64,000 nucleotides of DNA, taken from positions 121,094 to 185,093 of the forward strand of contig CAWBKT010000038.1 in the NCBI GenBank assembly GCA_963789385.1. Reading direction: 5' to 3'. The first letter of the stretch is position 1. Every line of letters starts with the position of its first letter. The notes below the pieces were generated by a model. That model was given only the letters and a program-made list of their open reading frames with translations. It ran no database searches and had not been told where the DNA came from. This DNA is from an uncultured delta proteobacterium. GTDB lineage: Bacteria > Desulfobacterota > Desulfobaccia > Desulfobaccales > Desulfobaccaceae. The translations under genes and the position numbers were made by a program. Of the stretch, positions 40,569 to 51,600 are shown in pieces.

Positions 40569-41510
40569 ATGGATTTGGCAGTCCGGGTTCAAGGCCTTGA
40601 TAAAAGTTACTCTAGTGGTTTTCTGCGGCGGCGCCGGTACCCGGTGCTCCGGGATTTGCATCTGGAAATTCCCGCCGGCTCTATTTTTGGGATTTTAGGT
40701 TCCAACGGGGCCGGTAAGACCACCCTTATTTCCATCCTGGCCACGCTCTTGCTTGCCGATGCCGGCAGGGTGGAAGTTCTGGGCCTGGATGCCCTGAAGC
40801 AGGGCGCCCAACTGCGGCGGCGGATCAACCTGGCCAGCGGCGCCGCCAAATTCGTCTGGACCCTGACAGTGGAAGAAAATCTCCGTTTTTACGGACGTCT
40901 TTACGGGCTTTGGGGTAAGGCGCTGTCAAAACGGATCCAGGAAATGGTGGCGCTTTTTGATTTGGAGGCCTGGCGGCGCCGCCCTTTTGAGACCCTGTCG
41001 TCGGGATTAAAACAGCGGCTGGCCCTGGCCAAGGCTTTGATCAGTAGACCGGAGCTGCTTTTTCTGGATGAACCCACCAATGGTCTGGACCCGGTGGCAG
41101 CCCAGCACACCCGGGAGGAAATCGCCCGTTTAAACCGTGAGGCCGGCCTCACCATTATTCTCACCACGCACAATATGCGGGAGGCGGAAATGTTGTGCCA
41201 TGAAGTGGGTTTTTTGGGGGAAGGCAAAATACTGGCCCAAGGCGACCTGGCCACACTTCAGGCCAAACTGGCGTTGGGGGATCGTGTTGCCCTGACGTTT
41301 AGAGATTCTCTGCCCTCCCTCGATTTTGGGCGCCTGCCCGGCGTCCTGGACTGGCAGGCTCGGGCGCTCGTTGTGGAACTGGTAGTCGATCACAGTGAAA
41401 CCCGTCTGCCGGCCCTTTTTAAAGAAATTGAGGCCGTTCAGGGGATCTTAAGCCGAGTCCGGGTGGAGGCGGTTGATCTGGAGGATCTTTATCGTCAGTT
41501 CAGTCGCTGA
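40569..41510 (+). CDS. ABC-2-type transporter ATP-binding protein
   Basis: Walker A GSNGAGKTTLI, signature LSSGLKQRLALAKAL and Walker B LLFLDEPTNGLD. Confidence 0.88.
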   Translation: MDLAVRVQGLDKSYSSGFLRRRRYPVLRDLHLEIPAGSIFGILGSNGAGKTTLISILATLLLADAGRVEVLGLDALKQGAQLRRRINLASGAAKFVWTLTVEENLRFYGRLYGLWGKALSKRIQEMVALFDLEAWRRRPFETLSSGLKQRLALAKALISRPELLFLDEPTNGLDPVAAQHTREEIARLNREAGLTIILTTHNMREAEMLCHEVGFLGEGKILAQGDLATLQAKLALGDRVALTFRDSLPSLDFGRLPGVLDWQARALVVELVVDHSETRLPALFKEIEAVQGILSRVRVEAVDLEDLYRQFSR

Positions 41511-41637
41511 GGTTGCCGGGATACCGGGTTTGGTGCCCCGAGGCGCAATAATGTTGATACGTCTGTCTTTCTATTGTTTCAACTGCTGTTCCGGTGTCGA
41601 GGCGGTAATGGCGGGGTAGACTGGGAGGAAATTTAAG

Positions 41638-42433
41638 GTGAGCTTATTCACTGCTGCCATAAAAATCTGGGCTTTTGCCGCCCGGGGTGGTATTATGAAC
41701 CGCCGTAATGTCTTTGCGGTCTTTGAAATGCTGTTCTGGCCCCTGATGGGCCTTTTTTCCGTGGGTCTGCTCACCCGCTTTTTACAACTGGGGTCTGAAA
41801 CGGTCTCTTTTGTCCTCACCGGGGCCGTGGCCATGAACACGGTGCAGATCGCTCAACTGGACGTCTCCTATGCCCTGCTGTACGACGTCTGGGGTAAAAG
41901 CTTAAAACACGGATTTATCGCCCCGATTAATCTGCTACACGTGGTACTGGGTTCCGGGCTGATAGGCTTGTTGCGCGGTGCGGTAGTCTTCGGTATCATG
42001 ATAGGCTTGGCTATCTGGGCCTTTGGGATGAATTTAAGCCGCCAGGGTTGGCCGGCTCTGGCTATTTTTTTCGCCGGACTTTTTCTGGTGGCGGTTATCG
42101 AGGGAATGTTGGTGTTGTCCCTGGTGCTGATTTTCGGACATCGGGCTGAAATCACCGCCTGGGCCATCTCATACCTGGTGCTGCTCCTCTCCGGGATGTA
42201 TTACCCGGTGACGCTGCTGCCTGCTGGTGTGCAAGCCGTGGCCCAGGCATTGCCCTCTGACCCATTTTCTGGAATATTTCCGGCATTTCTACGGTTTCCC
42301 GCTGTCATCAGCCGCGCCATTGTGGCAAGGCTTCGGGCTCAGCCTGGTCTACTGTATCGCCGGCTATGGTTTGATAACCTTTAGCCTGAGATGGGCCAGA
42401 AAGCATGGGACGCTCTTGAAACTGTCGGAATAA
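41638..42433 (+). pseudogene. ABC-2-type transporter permease, frame change near 42255
   Basis: The GTG start has GGAGGA 8 nt upstream. Six hydrophobic helices are present. ORF 41638-42384 continues as LTHFLEYFRHFYGFPL...GYGLITFSLRWARKHGTLLKLSE in ORF 42227-42433. Confidence 0.75.
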
Positions 42434-42662
42434 CCTTATATAAGTAGGCAACTTTAAAAAAATCTCCGCTGCTCCCCTTTAGAAAAGCGGGAAACGGGCA
42501 CCGGCCTCAGCCCGGACTACTAAAGCCCAGGCAAAATTCCTGAGGCACCGACTGGTGCGATTCTGAAAAATTTTCCCATAATCCTGGGATGGGGAGAAAT
42601 TTTTGAGAAAAGTATAATTTTTTGAACCGAAAACTAAAAAATGAAAAATTGGAAACTATTGC

Positions 42663-43465
42663 ATGATTGGCGTCTTTGATTCCGGCTTTGGCGGTCTGGC
42701 GGTCCTGCGGGAATTTTTAAAGGTCCTGCCGGACTACGATTACCTGTATCTGGGTGACAATGCCCGCATTCCTTACGGCACCCGTTCGGATAAAGTGGTA
42801 TTGAAATTTACCCAGCAGGCGGTGGCATATCTTTTTAACCAGGGCTGCGTGCTCATCATTCTCGCCTGCCACACGGCCTCGGCCAAGGCCCTGCGCACTC
42901 TGCAGCAACAATACCTGCCGGTGCACCATCCGCCAACCGGGTTCTGGGGGTGGTCATCCCCACCGTGGAAGAGGCTTTAGCCCGCAGCGATTCAGGCCGC
43001 ATCGGTGTCATTGCCACGGAGGGCACGGTGGCTTCCAATTCATTTGAGATCGAATTGCACAAGTTGAATCCGTCCGTCCAGGTCTTCCAGCAGGCCTGTC
43101 CGCTGCTGGTGCCCATCATCGAGTCAGGGGAACAGGACAGCGAGGTGGCCGACCTGATGCTCAAGAAATACCTGGCCCCCCTGGCAGCCCGGCACATTGA
43201 CACCCTGATTTTGGGGTGCACCCATTACTCCATTCTGAAGCCCAAGATTCAGGCCCTGGTGAATCACCGGACCGGGATCATCTGTTCCGGGGAAGTGACC
43301 GCCCTGAAACTGGCGGATTACCTGCGCCGCCACCCGGAAATCGAAACCCGCCTGAGCCGCGGCGGCCGACGCCGCTATCTCAGCACCGACCTCACTCCCC
43401 GTTTTCAAGACTTGGCCAGCCTTTTTATGGGGGAAGCCATCGCTGCGGAAGTGGTCCAACTCTAA
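42663..43465 (+). pseudogene. murI: glutamate racemase, frame change near 42935
   Basis: IGVFDSGFGGLAVLRE and ...LIILACHTASAKAL lie in ORF 42663-42980. VIPTVEEAL...IGVIATEGTVASN...LILGCTHYSIL lies in ORF 42950-43465. Confidence 0.9.
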
Positions 43466-43888
43466 AATTCGACTGCATTTAAGCCGCAAGACGATGCTGT
43501 TGCCGGCGATCCGGAGGCGTTTTACCAGCTAAAACGGCATCTGGTAAGAATAAGTATTTTTTATTTTAGTTATTTTTGATAATATATTAATTATTTTCTA
43601 CTTAATTCGAATTTATTTCCAGTCAAATAAAAAATTTTATTGAAATAGAGAAAATTATCCCTGATCAAAAACAATGTTCAAATTTCTGAATGTGAAAACC
43701 TAATTGAAATTAATAAAAAGGGTAATATAACTGAAAATCATGTTCAGAAAATAAAACATGGCAAGAGTGGAGTACATATTTTGGATAGAATATATCATCC
43801 TATGATGGCCTAATATGGAACGGTTTCCTGAATTTGCATTTTAAACAAAGCACGCACGTAGCCTATGCTGGGGACCTTAAAAATGCCT

Positions 43889-43989
43889 TGCCCAATCCAC
43901 CCTCCGGCCCCATTCCCGGCTCTGTGCTGCTGCTGGGTTCGGGAATCCTTTGCCTGGTAGGGATTGGCATGCGCAAAAAAGTTAATTGA
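43889..43989 (+). pseudogene. orphan PEP-CTERM tail remnant with no start codon or signal peptide
   Basis: The frame after TAG 43886-88 reads ...DLKNALPNPPSGPIPGSVLLLGSGILCLVGIGMRKKVN*. It sits at the end of a 400-bp AT-rich tract and is followed by a terminator. Confidence 0.6.
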
Positions 43990-44013
43990 CCTTTGATTAA
44001 GCAAGCAGTTACT

Positions 44014-44045
44014 GAGGCAGAGCCGGGCTCTGCCTCATTTATTTT
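44014..44045 (+). terminator. rho-independent terminator
   Basis: GAGGCAGAG (44014-22) pairs with CTCTGCCTC (44028-36) and is followed by ATTTATTTT. It overlaps the meaB stop region on the other strand. Confidence 0.65.
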
Positions 44046-45007
44046 CTCCAGCCCGTGGAGATCAGACGGGCGACGATGTCGTCGCTGACGGAATAGGGGT
44101 CGGTGGTTCTGGCGACGATAGCGGCGAGAGCTTTTTCCAGATGGTAGTCTGCCAAAATCCGGGGCAGGATTTTTTCTCTGATGCCCTGGAGAACCAGATC
44201 CACCAGTTCCCGCTGCAGCCGGGGCGCTAAAATTTCAACCAGCCGGCGCCCGTCGTCCCGGCGCAGATAGTCCCGGTGGTCCAGAACCGCGGCCAGGAGC
44301 TCGGAGACGCCGACATTCTTATGAGCCTCGGTTTTAACCACCACCGGCCGCCAGCCGTCGGCGGCGCGGCCCGGCTGACGCATGTCGATCATGGTGGTCA
44401 GGTCCTGGAAAGTGCGGTCGGCTCCTTCCCGGTCGGCCTTATTGATCACAAAGATATCGCCGATTTCTAAAATGCCGGCTTTGATGGCCTGAATATCGTC
44501 CCCCATGCCCGGTATGGTGACCACGACGGTAGTATGGGCGGCGCCGGCGATCTCCACCTCATCCTGGCCCACGCCCACGGTCTCCACCAGAATAAAATCT
44601 TTGCCCATGGCGTCCAGAACATTGATAATGGCCCGGGCCGAGACCGTGAGGCCCCCGAAATGCCCCCGGGTGGCCAGGGAACGGATGAAGACGCCCTCGT
44701 CGGTGGCATGCCGCTGCATGCGAATGCGGTCCCCTAAGATGGCGCCCCCGGTAAAGGGGCTGGTCGGGTCCACCGCCACCACACCCACAGTCTGGCCCTG
44801 TTGCCGCAACTGCTGAATCAGACGGTCGGTGAGGGTGCTTTTGCCCACGCCGGGAGAACCGGTGAGGCCCACAATGTGGGCTCGGCCGGTGAATTGATAC
44901 AACTCTTTGAGCACCTCCCGGGCCTGGGGCTCGCCTTCATCCAGATCCCGCATCAACCGGGCTCCGGCCCGAATATCACCTTGCCGTATCAGATCAATAA
45001 CATCCAT
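44039..45007 (-). CDS. meaB: methylmalonyl-CoA-mutase-associated GTPase MeaB/ArgK
   Basis: 322 aa with GLTGSPGVGKSTL, ...VVAVDPTSPFTGGAILGDRIRM... and FVINKADREGA. Confidence 0.9.
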   Translation of the reverse strand: MDVIDLIRQGDIRAGARLMRDLDEGEPQAREVLKELYQFTGRAHIVGLTGSPGVGKSTLTDRLIQQLRQQGQTVGVVAVDPTSPFTGGAILGDRIRMQRHATDEGVFIRSLATRGHFGGLTVSARAIINVLDAMGKDFILVETVGVGQDEVEIAGAAHTTVVVTIPGMGDDIQAIKAGILEIGDIFVINKADREGADRTFQDLTTMIDMRQPGRAADGWRPVVVKTEAHKNVGVSELLAAVLDHRDYLRRDDGRRLVEILAPRLQRELVDLVLQGIREKILPRILADYHLEKALAAIVARTTDPYSVSDDIVARLISTGWRK

Positions 45008-45290
45008 GCTATCGGCTCCGTAATCCTCATTTAACTTCTACGTTACTTTCATAAGGGACCCAGAACGGCTTAGCGTCCGGATCGTGGTTAATGCTTATCA
45101 ATTCAAGGTGAAAAAGTCAAAAACGTTTCAGGCAGTCGTTTCCTCTTTAAAAGTCATCAGGTCTACAAATCACCACGAAACCTGAAAACAGGCTGATGTT
45201 TTTGAAGTGTATCTAGAGGCCTTTTTCCCCTTGCCAAGAGCCTATCGCCTGTTTTCATAAGATTCTTTGCCGAGAGGCGCTAAAATTTCC

Positions 45291-45319
45291 TTGACAAGCC
45301 CTGCCGGCCTTGCTAAAAA
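45291..45319 (+). promoter_or_regulatory. sigma-70-type promoter for the aroF leader
   Basis: TTGACA (45291-96), a 17-nt spacer, then TAAAAA (45314-19). Confidence 0.5.
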
Positions 45320-45454
45320 AAGATCATGTTAAGATTAACGATCTGAATTTTTGGTGCTGGCGGTTTACCAACGGAACCCCGGCGCTCTGCTTAACTAAAC
45401 CAACCGCCGTGGGTTCCCCGTGGGAGCCCCCGGCTTGTTATGTTTTTTCTCCGA

Positions 45455-45485
45455 GGCCGTGGGAAGCACCCACGGCCTTTTTTTT
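45455..45485 (+). terminator. intrinsic terminator inside the aroF 5-prime leader (candidate attenuator)
   Basis: GGCCGTGGG-AAGCA-CCCACGGCC is followed by 8 T. It ends 20 nt before the aroF ATG. No upstream plus-strand gene exists for it to terminate. Confidence 0.75.
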
Positions 45486-45505
45486 GCGGCGGCAGGAGGA
45501 ACAGC

Positions 45506-46519
45506 ATGCTCATCGTCATGGAAAAAGGCGCCACCGAAGCGGAGATCGCCGGGGTGGCGGCCAAGATTGAGGCCCTGGGGTTTACCGCCCAGCCCATGCC
45601 GGGAGGAGAACGGGTGGCCATCGGCATCCTGCGCAACCCGGGGCCGGTGGACCCGGCCCTGTTTGTGGATCTGCCGGGGGTGCAGGAGGCCATTCCCGTG
45701 TCCCGGCCCTACAAGCTGGTGAGCCGGGAGATGAAACGGGAAGATACCATCGTTGAACTTCCTCTGGGAAATCTCAAGATCGGCGGCGGCAATTTTGTGG
45801 TCATCGCCGGGCCCTGCGCCGTGGAGAGCGAAGCCCAGGCCCTGACCATTGCCCGGGCGGTCAAAGCCGCCGGGGCCCGGATCTTTCGGGGCGGCGCCTT
45901 CAAACCCCGAACTTCACCCTACAGTTACCAGGGACTGGAAGAAGAGGGTCTGAAGATTTTGGCCCGGGTCCGGGCCGAGACCGGCCTGCCGGTCATCACC
46001 GAGGCCATTGACCACGCCTCCCTGGATCTGGTGGAGGAGTACGCCGACATTATCCAGATCGGGGCCCGGAACATGCAGAATTTCTCCCTGCTGCGCCGGG
46101 CGGGGCAGGCCCGGAAGCCGGTGCTTCTGAAGCGGGGCATGTCCGCCACCCTGGATGAATTTTTCATGGCCGCGGAATATATCATGTCCGAAGGCAACAC
46201 CCAGGTGATCCTCTGTGAGCGGGGGGTCAGGGGGATCGGCAGCCATGCCCGCAACACCCTGGATCTGGCCGCCATTCCGTTTGTCAAGCGGGAAAGCCAC
46301 CTGCCCATCATCGCCGACCCCAGCCATGCCGCGGGCCGGCGCCTGCTGGTGGCGCCTCTGGCCCGGGGCGCCGTGGCCGTGGGGGCTGACGGCCTCATGA
46401 TCGAAGTGCACCACGACCCGGCCCATGCCCTCTCGGACGGCCCCCAATCATTGTTTCCCGAGCAGTTTGCCGTCCTCATGCAAGATCTCCAGGTCTTACG
46501 GCCCGGACAATGGTCATGA
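45506..46519 (+). CDS. aroF: 3-deoxy-7-phosphoheptulonate (DAHP) synthase, type I-beta with an N-terminal ferredoxin-like regulatory domain
   Basis: GGAGGA RBS. Begins MLIVMEKGATEAEIAGVAAKIEALGF. Also has ...VIAGPCAVES..., RGGAFKPRTSPYSYQG, IGARNMQNF and KRGMSATL. Confidence 0.9.
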   Translation: MLIVMEKGATEAEIAGVAAKIEALGFTAQPMPGGERVAIGILRNPGPVDPALFVDLPGVQEAIPVSRPYKLVSREMKREDTIVELPLGNLKIGGGNFVVIAGPCAVESEAQALTIARAVKAAGARIFRGGAFKPRTSPYSYQGLEEEGLKILARVRAETGLPVITEAIDHASLDLVEEYADIIQIGARNMQNFSLLRRAGQARKPVLLKRGMSATLDEFFMAAEYIMSEGNTQVILCERGVRGIGSHARNTLDLAAIPFVKRESHLPIIADPSHAAGRRLLVAPLARGAVAVGADGLMIEVHHDPAHALSDGPQSLFPEQFAVLMQDLQVLRPGQWS

Positions 46520-47606
46520 AGGAAATCTCCGTCCCTTTGCCCGGCCGGGATCAAGTCCTACCGGATCCTGTTGGGCGCCGGTCTGCGGCGGCAGCTGGGG
46601 GAGCGGCTGGCCAAGATCCTGCCCGGCCGGCGGTTGTGGGTGGTGAGCGATACCCTGGTGGGCCGACTGTACGGCCAGGAAATGCTGGACGGTCTCAACC
46701 GGCAGGGTTTTCGCGCCGATCTGCTTACCGTGGCCCGGGGGGAGCGCAGCAAATCCTGGCCGGTGGTGGCCCGCTTGACCCGGCAGCTTTTGGATCAGGG
46801 GGCCGACCGGGGGAGCGCCCTGGTGGCCCTGGGCGGCGGCGTGGTGGGGGACCTCACCGGTTTTGTGGCCTCGATTTTTATGCGGGGCATTCCGGTGGTC
46901 CAGGTGCCTACCACCCTGCTGGCCATGGTGGACGCGGCCATCGGCGGCAAGACGGCCATCAATATCCCGGCCGGGAAAAATCTGGTGGGGGCCTTTCACC
47001 AGCCCCGCCTCGTCCTCATCGACCCGGAGTTTCTCCTGACCCTGCCGGCCCGGGAGCGCCGCAACGGTCTGGCCGAAGTGGTCAAGGCCGGGTTTATTCG
47101 GGATCCCGGTCTGTTGGAGCTATCTGGCCGGACCCGGCCGGGCACTTTTTCAGGACCGGCAGTTGCGGGACCGGGCAGCGCTCACCGAAATCATCGGCCG
47201 GGCTGCGGCCATCAAAGCCCGGATCGTGGCGGCGGATGAACGGGAGGGGGATCTTCGCCGGATTTTGAATTTCGGCCATACCCTGGGGCATGCCTTGGAA
47301 AAAGCTTCCCATTTCAGGCTCAAGCATGGGGAGGCGGTGGCCGTGGGCATGGCCGCGGCGTTGGATTTTTCGGTGCAGCTCACGGGCCTGAGTGCGGCTG
47401 CGGCGAAGGAGGGGCGGGAGTTGCTGGTCTCCCTGGGCCTGCCGGTCCGGCCGCCGCAGTTGTCCAGAGACGAGGTCTTGCGGGCTTTAAAAGTAGATAA
47501 GAAAAAACAGGGGGAGCGGCTGGTTTTTGTCCTGCTCAAGCGACTGGGCGAGGCGGTGGTGTGCCCGGAAGTGCCGATGTGGGATGATTGCGGCATGGCT
47601 GGATGA
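46516..47606 (+). pseudogene. aroB: 3-dehydroquinate synthase, frame changes near 46545 and 47130
   Basis: MKEISVPLPGR shifts to GIKSYRILLGAGLRRQL...ALGGGVVGDLTGFVASIFMRGIPVVQVPTTLLAMVDAAIGGKTAIN...NGLAEVVKAGFIRDP. It then shifts again to ...RILNFGHTLGHALE...HGEAVAVGM. Confidence 0.9.
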
Positions 47607-47615
47607 AAAGACTAA

Positions 47616-48065
47616 GTGGGAAATCAAGAGGAGGGAATGACTGAGACCTACCATCTCAAACCCATCGGCTGGGTAAAAAAAGCGGCGGCAAGGGTAGTGG
47701 TGGAGGTGGAGGAGCCTTATCTCCCGGCCCTGCTGGGTTTGGAGCAGTATTCCCATGTCTGGGTATTGTTCTGGTTTCACGAGAATGACAACCCCCAAGA
47801 CCGGAGCATCCTCCGGGTCCACCCCTGCCGCAACCCGGCCAATCCTCTGGCCGGCGTCTTTGCGGCCCGGGCCCCGGTGCGGCCCAATCTTATCGGCCTC
47901 AGCGCCGCCCGCCTGGTGGGTGTGGAGGGCCGCCGGGTCATCCTGGAAGGCCTGGACGCCCGGGAGGGAACGCCGGTGCTGGATCTCAAGCCCTATCTGC
48001 CGGTGAGCGATGCCATCCTGGAAGCCAAGGCCCCGGAACTTTGGCCCCGCATTGAAGATGATTGA
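47616..48065 (+). CDS. tsaA: tRNA (t6A37-N6)-methyltransferase TrmO/TsaA
   Basis: Contains LKPIGWV, ...YSHVWVLFWFHEN..., GVFAARAPVRPNLIG and GTPVLDLKPYLP. The start could be GTG 47616 or ATG 47637. Confidence 0.82.
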   Translation: MGNQEEGMTETYHLKPIGWVKKAAARVVVEVEEPYLPALLGLEQYSHVWVLFWFHENDNPQDRSILRVHPCRNPANPLAGVFAARAPVRPNLIGLSAARLVGVEGRRVILEGLDAREGTPVLDLKPYLPVSDAILEAKAPELWPRIEDD

Positions 48066-48651
48066 TAGTGGAAGAAGATTTTAGTTTGCGGTTCCGGCAG
48101 GTTTGGCAGGAAAGTAAAAGGGCGCGCTAACCCAGCCGGTTGAGAGCATCGATTTTTACTGCAGCGGGACCAGGACGGTCTTGCTTTTTTTGTTTTCCGG
48201 AGGCGGTCTCCAATCCCCTGGCGGATGCTGGTCCAAAGAATGCGCAAACGAACTAAAGTTAGAAATAGAGGGTGTGAAGAAATATTTTAATGGTGATTAT
48301 TCCCTTGCAAGGAAAAAAGAAAAATAGTACAAACGAAAATGGCATATAAAAGGATTTTTGGGTCATTTTTCTGAGTAAGGCATAAAAACTGCTTTTCTGA
48401 GCACCATCCTTGTGATATTAGTCATTTGTTTCACACTATCTTGTAAATTTCGATTAATAGTAAGGCCTTAGAACTATGCCCAGGGAATTACCATACAGGG
48501 GAAGCGGTTGAACGGGGCCGGCGGGTTCCCGGCAGCGGGCCGCGGCCTGGTTGGCAGTAACCGGTGCTAAGCGCCTTGGGGATCAGGCTCGGGCTCGTTT
48601 GGGCCGATTTTTCTGCGAGTTTCAATAATCATCTGTAACAGGGACAAACAC

Positions 48652-51600
48652 ATGGCAAAAGAGGAAAAGAAAACAAGTAAAGCGAGTGGCGGCAACGGCA
48701 ACACCGGGGCAGTCATGGTAGTGGGCGCGGGCATTGCCGGCATCCAGGCCTCTTTGGATCTGGCCAAGGCCGGTCTCTACGTCCATCTGGTGGAGACCAA
48801 ACCGGCTATTGGCGGCATTATGGCCCAACTGGACAAGACCTTTCCCACCAATGACTGTTCGATGTGCATCATCTCGCCCAAGCTGGTGGAGTGCGGGCGG
48901 CATTTGAACATCGAAATCCACACGTTGACAGACGTCAAGGAGATTTCCGGGGAGCCGGGGAATTTCTCGGTAAAGCTGGAGAAGCAGCCCCGGTATGTGG
49001 ACATGTCCAAGTGCACCGGTTGTTCGGACTGCACCAAGGTGTGTCCGGTGGCCATGCCCAATGAATTTAACGCCGGTTTGGGGGACTGGCAGGCCATTTA
49101 CCGGCTGTATCCCCAGGCCATACCGTCGGCTTTCGGCATCAAGAAGCTGGACCGGGCGCCCTGCGTGCAGGCCTGTCCGGCGAATCTCTAGCGCCCAGGG
49201 CTATGTGCAGCTCATCAAGGCGGGCAAGTTTAAGGAATCGTTGGACATCATCATGAACCGGCTGCCCCTGCCCGGGGTCATCGGCCGGGTCTGCCCGCAT
49301 CCCTGCGAGAGCGTTTGCCGTCGGGCCGAAGTGGAAGAGCCCATTTCCATCTGCTCCCTCAAGCGGTTTGTGGCGGACCAGGTAGACTGGGCCACCCTGC
49401 CGGTGCCGGAGGTGACCAAGAACGACCAGCCGGTGGCCATTGTGGGCGCGGGCCCCTCCGGTCTGGCCTGCGGCTATCACCTGGCCCTCATGGGCTACAA
49501 GCCGGTAATCTTCGAGGCCGCCGCGGAAGCCGGCGGCTGGCTGCGTTACGGCATTCCGGAATACCGCCTGCCCAGGCACGTGCTGAAAAGGGAAGTGGAT
49601 TATATCCAACGCTGTGGCGTGGAGATCAGATTAAACAACCCCTTGGGCGGGGACCGCACCATTGACGGCCTGTTGACCAAGGACGGCTTCCGGGCGGTGT
49701 TTTTAGGCGTCGGTTGCCAGGGCAGTCTGAAAATACCGGTGCCCGGTTCGGATGCCCAGGGCGTGCTCTGGGGCGTCGACTATCTGAAGGAATTCTCCAC
49801 TACCGGCAATTCTCCCACCCAGGGCAAAAAAGTCTTGGTCATCGGCGGCGGCAACGTCTCCATGGACGTGGGCCAGACCGCCTTGCGCAACGGCGCCACG
49901 GAAGTGAAGATCATCGCCCTGGAAACCAGGGAAGAGATGCCGGCCTCGCCGTGGGAAATAGAGGAAGCCGAACTGGCGGGTTGTAAGCTTGTGCACCGCT
50001 GGGGCGTCAAGCGGATCGTGGCTGACGGCGGCAAGGCCAAGGGCGTTGAGCTCAAAGCCGTGGAACGGGTCTTTGACGAGCAGGGCCGTTTTGCTCCCAC
50101 CTATTTTGAAGATCAGACCCGGATCGAAGACGCCGACGTGGTGATTCTGGCCATCGGTCAGAAGGCGGAATTAGGCTTCATCACCGATGCCGATAAGATC
50201 AAGTTGACTCCCCGGGGTCTCATCGAAACCGATCCCCAGACCTTGCAGACCAGCCGGGGCGAAGTGTTTGCCGGCGGCGACGTCGTCTCCGGACCGTATA
50301 TCGCTATCGCGGCGGTGGCCGCAGGCCGGGAGGCGGCCATTTCCATCGACCGCTACCTCCGGGGCCAGGACCTGAAGGAAGACCGGGACTTCCCCATGCG
50401 CTACGAGGAACACGGCGACTGGAACCCGATTCCCAAGAACACCATCAAACAACCCCGGGCCAAGATGCCCCATGTGCCGGTGGCGGAGTGGACCAAAAGC
50501 TTCAATGAGATTGCCCTGGGATACACCCCGGAAGTGGCCCAGGCCGAAGCGGCCCGCTGCGTCAACTGCGGCGTCTGCTCCGAGTGTATGCAGTGTGCCA
50601 TCAACTGCCAGCCCAAGGCCGTGGACCACAGCCAGAAACCCCAAAAATTGGATATCAATGTGGGTGCGGTGATCATGGCGTCCGGGGCCAAGACCTTCGA
50701 CCCGAGTATTGCCGACGTCTGGGGCTACGGCCGCATTCCCAATGTGGTCACCAGCTTGGAACTGGAGCGCATCCTGAGTGCCTCCGGGCCGTTTGAAGGT
50801 CATCTGGTGCGGCCGGCGGACCACAAAGAGCCCAGGAAAATGGCCTGGCTGCAGTGTGTGGGCTCCCGGGATGTGAAATATAATTCCTACTGCTCATCAG
50901 TCTGCTGTATGTATGCCATCAAAGAAGCCGTGATTGCCATGGAGCACAGCAAGGAACCGCTGGAAACCACCATCTTCTACATGGACATGCGGACCTACGG
51001 CAAGGACTTTGAGCTTTATTATAATCGGGCCAAAGAACTGGGCGTCCGCTTCATCCGCTGCCGGGTGCACAGTCTGGATCCCGCCGAAGGCGGCGACGTC
51101 AAGGTCAACTATGTCACCGAAGAAGGCGAGTTCTTTAGTGAAACCTTCGATATGGTAGCCTTGTCGGTGGGTTTCCAGGTTAGCGGCGAAGTAATCAAGT
51201 TGGCTGCCAAGATGGGAGTGGAATTGACCCCGCACCATCTGGCCAAAACCGACCCCTTTACGCCAGTGCAGACCTCCAAACCGGGGGTGTATGTCTGCGG
51301 CACTCTCCAGGCGCCCAAGGATATTCCCCAGTCGGTCATGGAGGCCTCCGCGGCCGCGGGTGGTTGTTGCGCCGCGCTGGGTGACGTCCGCTGGACTTTG
51401 ACCAAGACCAAGGAAGTGCCGCCCCAGGTAGACCGGTCCCAGGAACAGCCGCGTATCGGCGTCTTTGTCTGCAACTGCGGCATCAATATCGGCGGGTTGC
51501 TCAGCGTCCCGACCTTGAAGGAATATGCCGCCAGTCTGCCCAACGTGGTGATGGTGGATGACAACCTCTTCACCTGCTCCCAGGACACCCAGGATAAGAT

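Noticed and set aside
45326-45505. A T-box leader upstream of aroF.
   Set aside because: There is no AANNNGGGTGGNACCNCG-like T-box sequence, and I could not draw a stem I with a specifier loop.
45310-45570. The 86-aa ORF containing NFWCWRF and four Trp codons might be an aromatic-amino-acid attenuation leader peptide.
   Set aside because: Its TTG start lies upstream of the predicted transcription start. It has no RBS, and it reads straight through the terminator and into aroF out of frame instead of stopping before the hairpin. The Trp codons arise from the CCGTGGG repeats. I kept the region only as an RNA-level attenuator candidate.
48562-48580. A sigma-54-like TGGCAG...GTGC upstream of the second hdrL-type gene.
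   Set aside because: The GG-to-GC spacing is one base longer than canonical.
49189-49191. The TAG that ends ORF 48652-49191 might be a pyrrolysine or read-through codon.
   Set aside because: Reading through the TAG in the same frame hits another stop within about 14 codons. Alignment to the paralog (CPAGINIQGF versus CPANL-SAQGY) requires a one-base frame change. An indel fits better than recoding.
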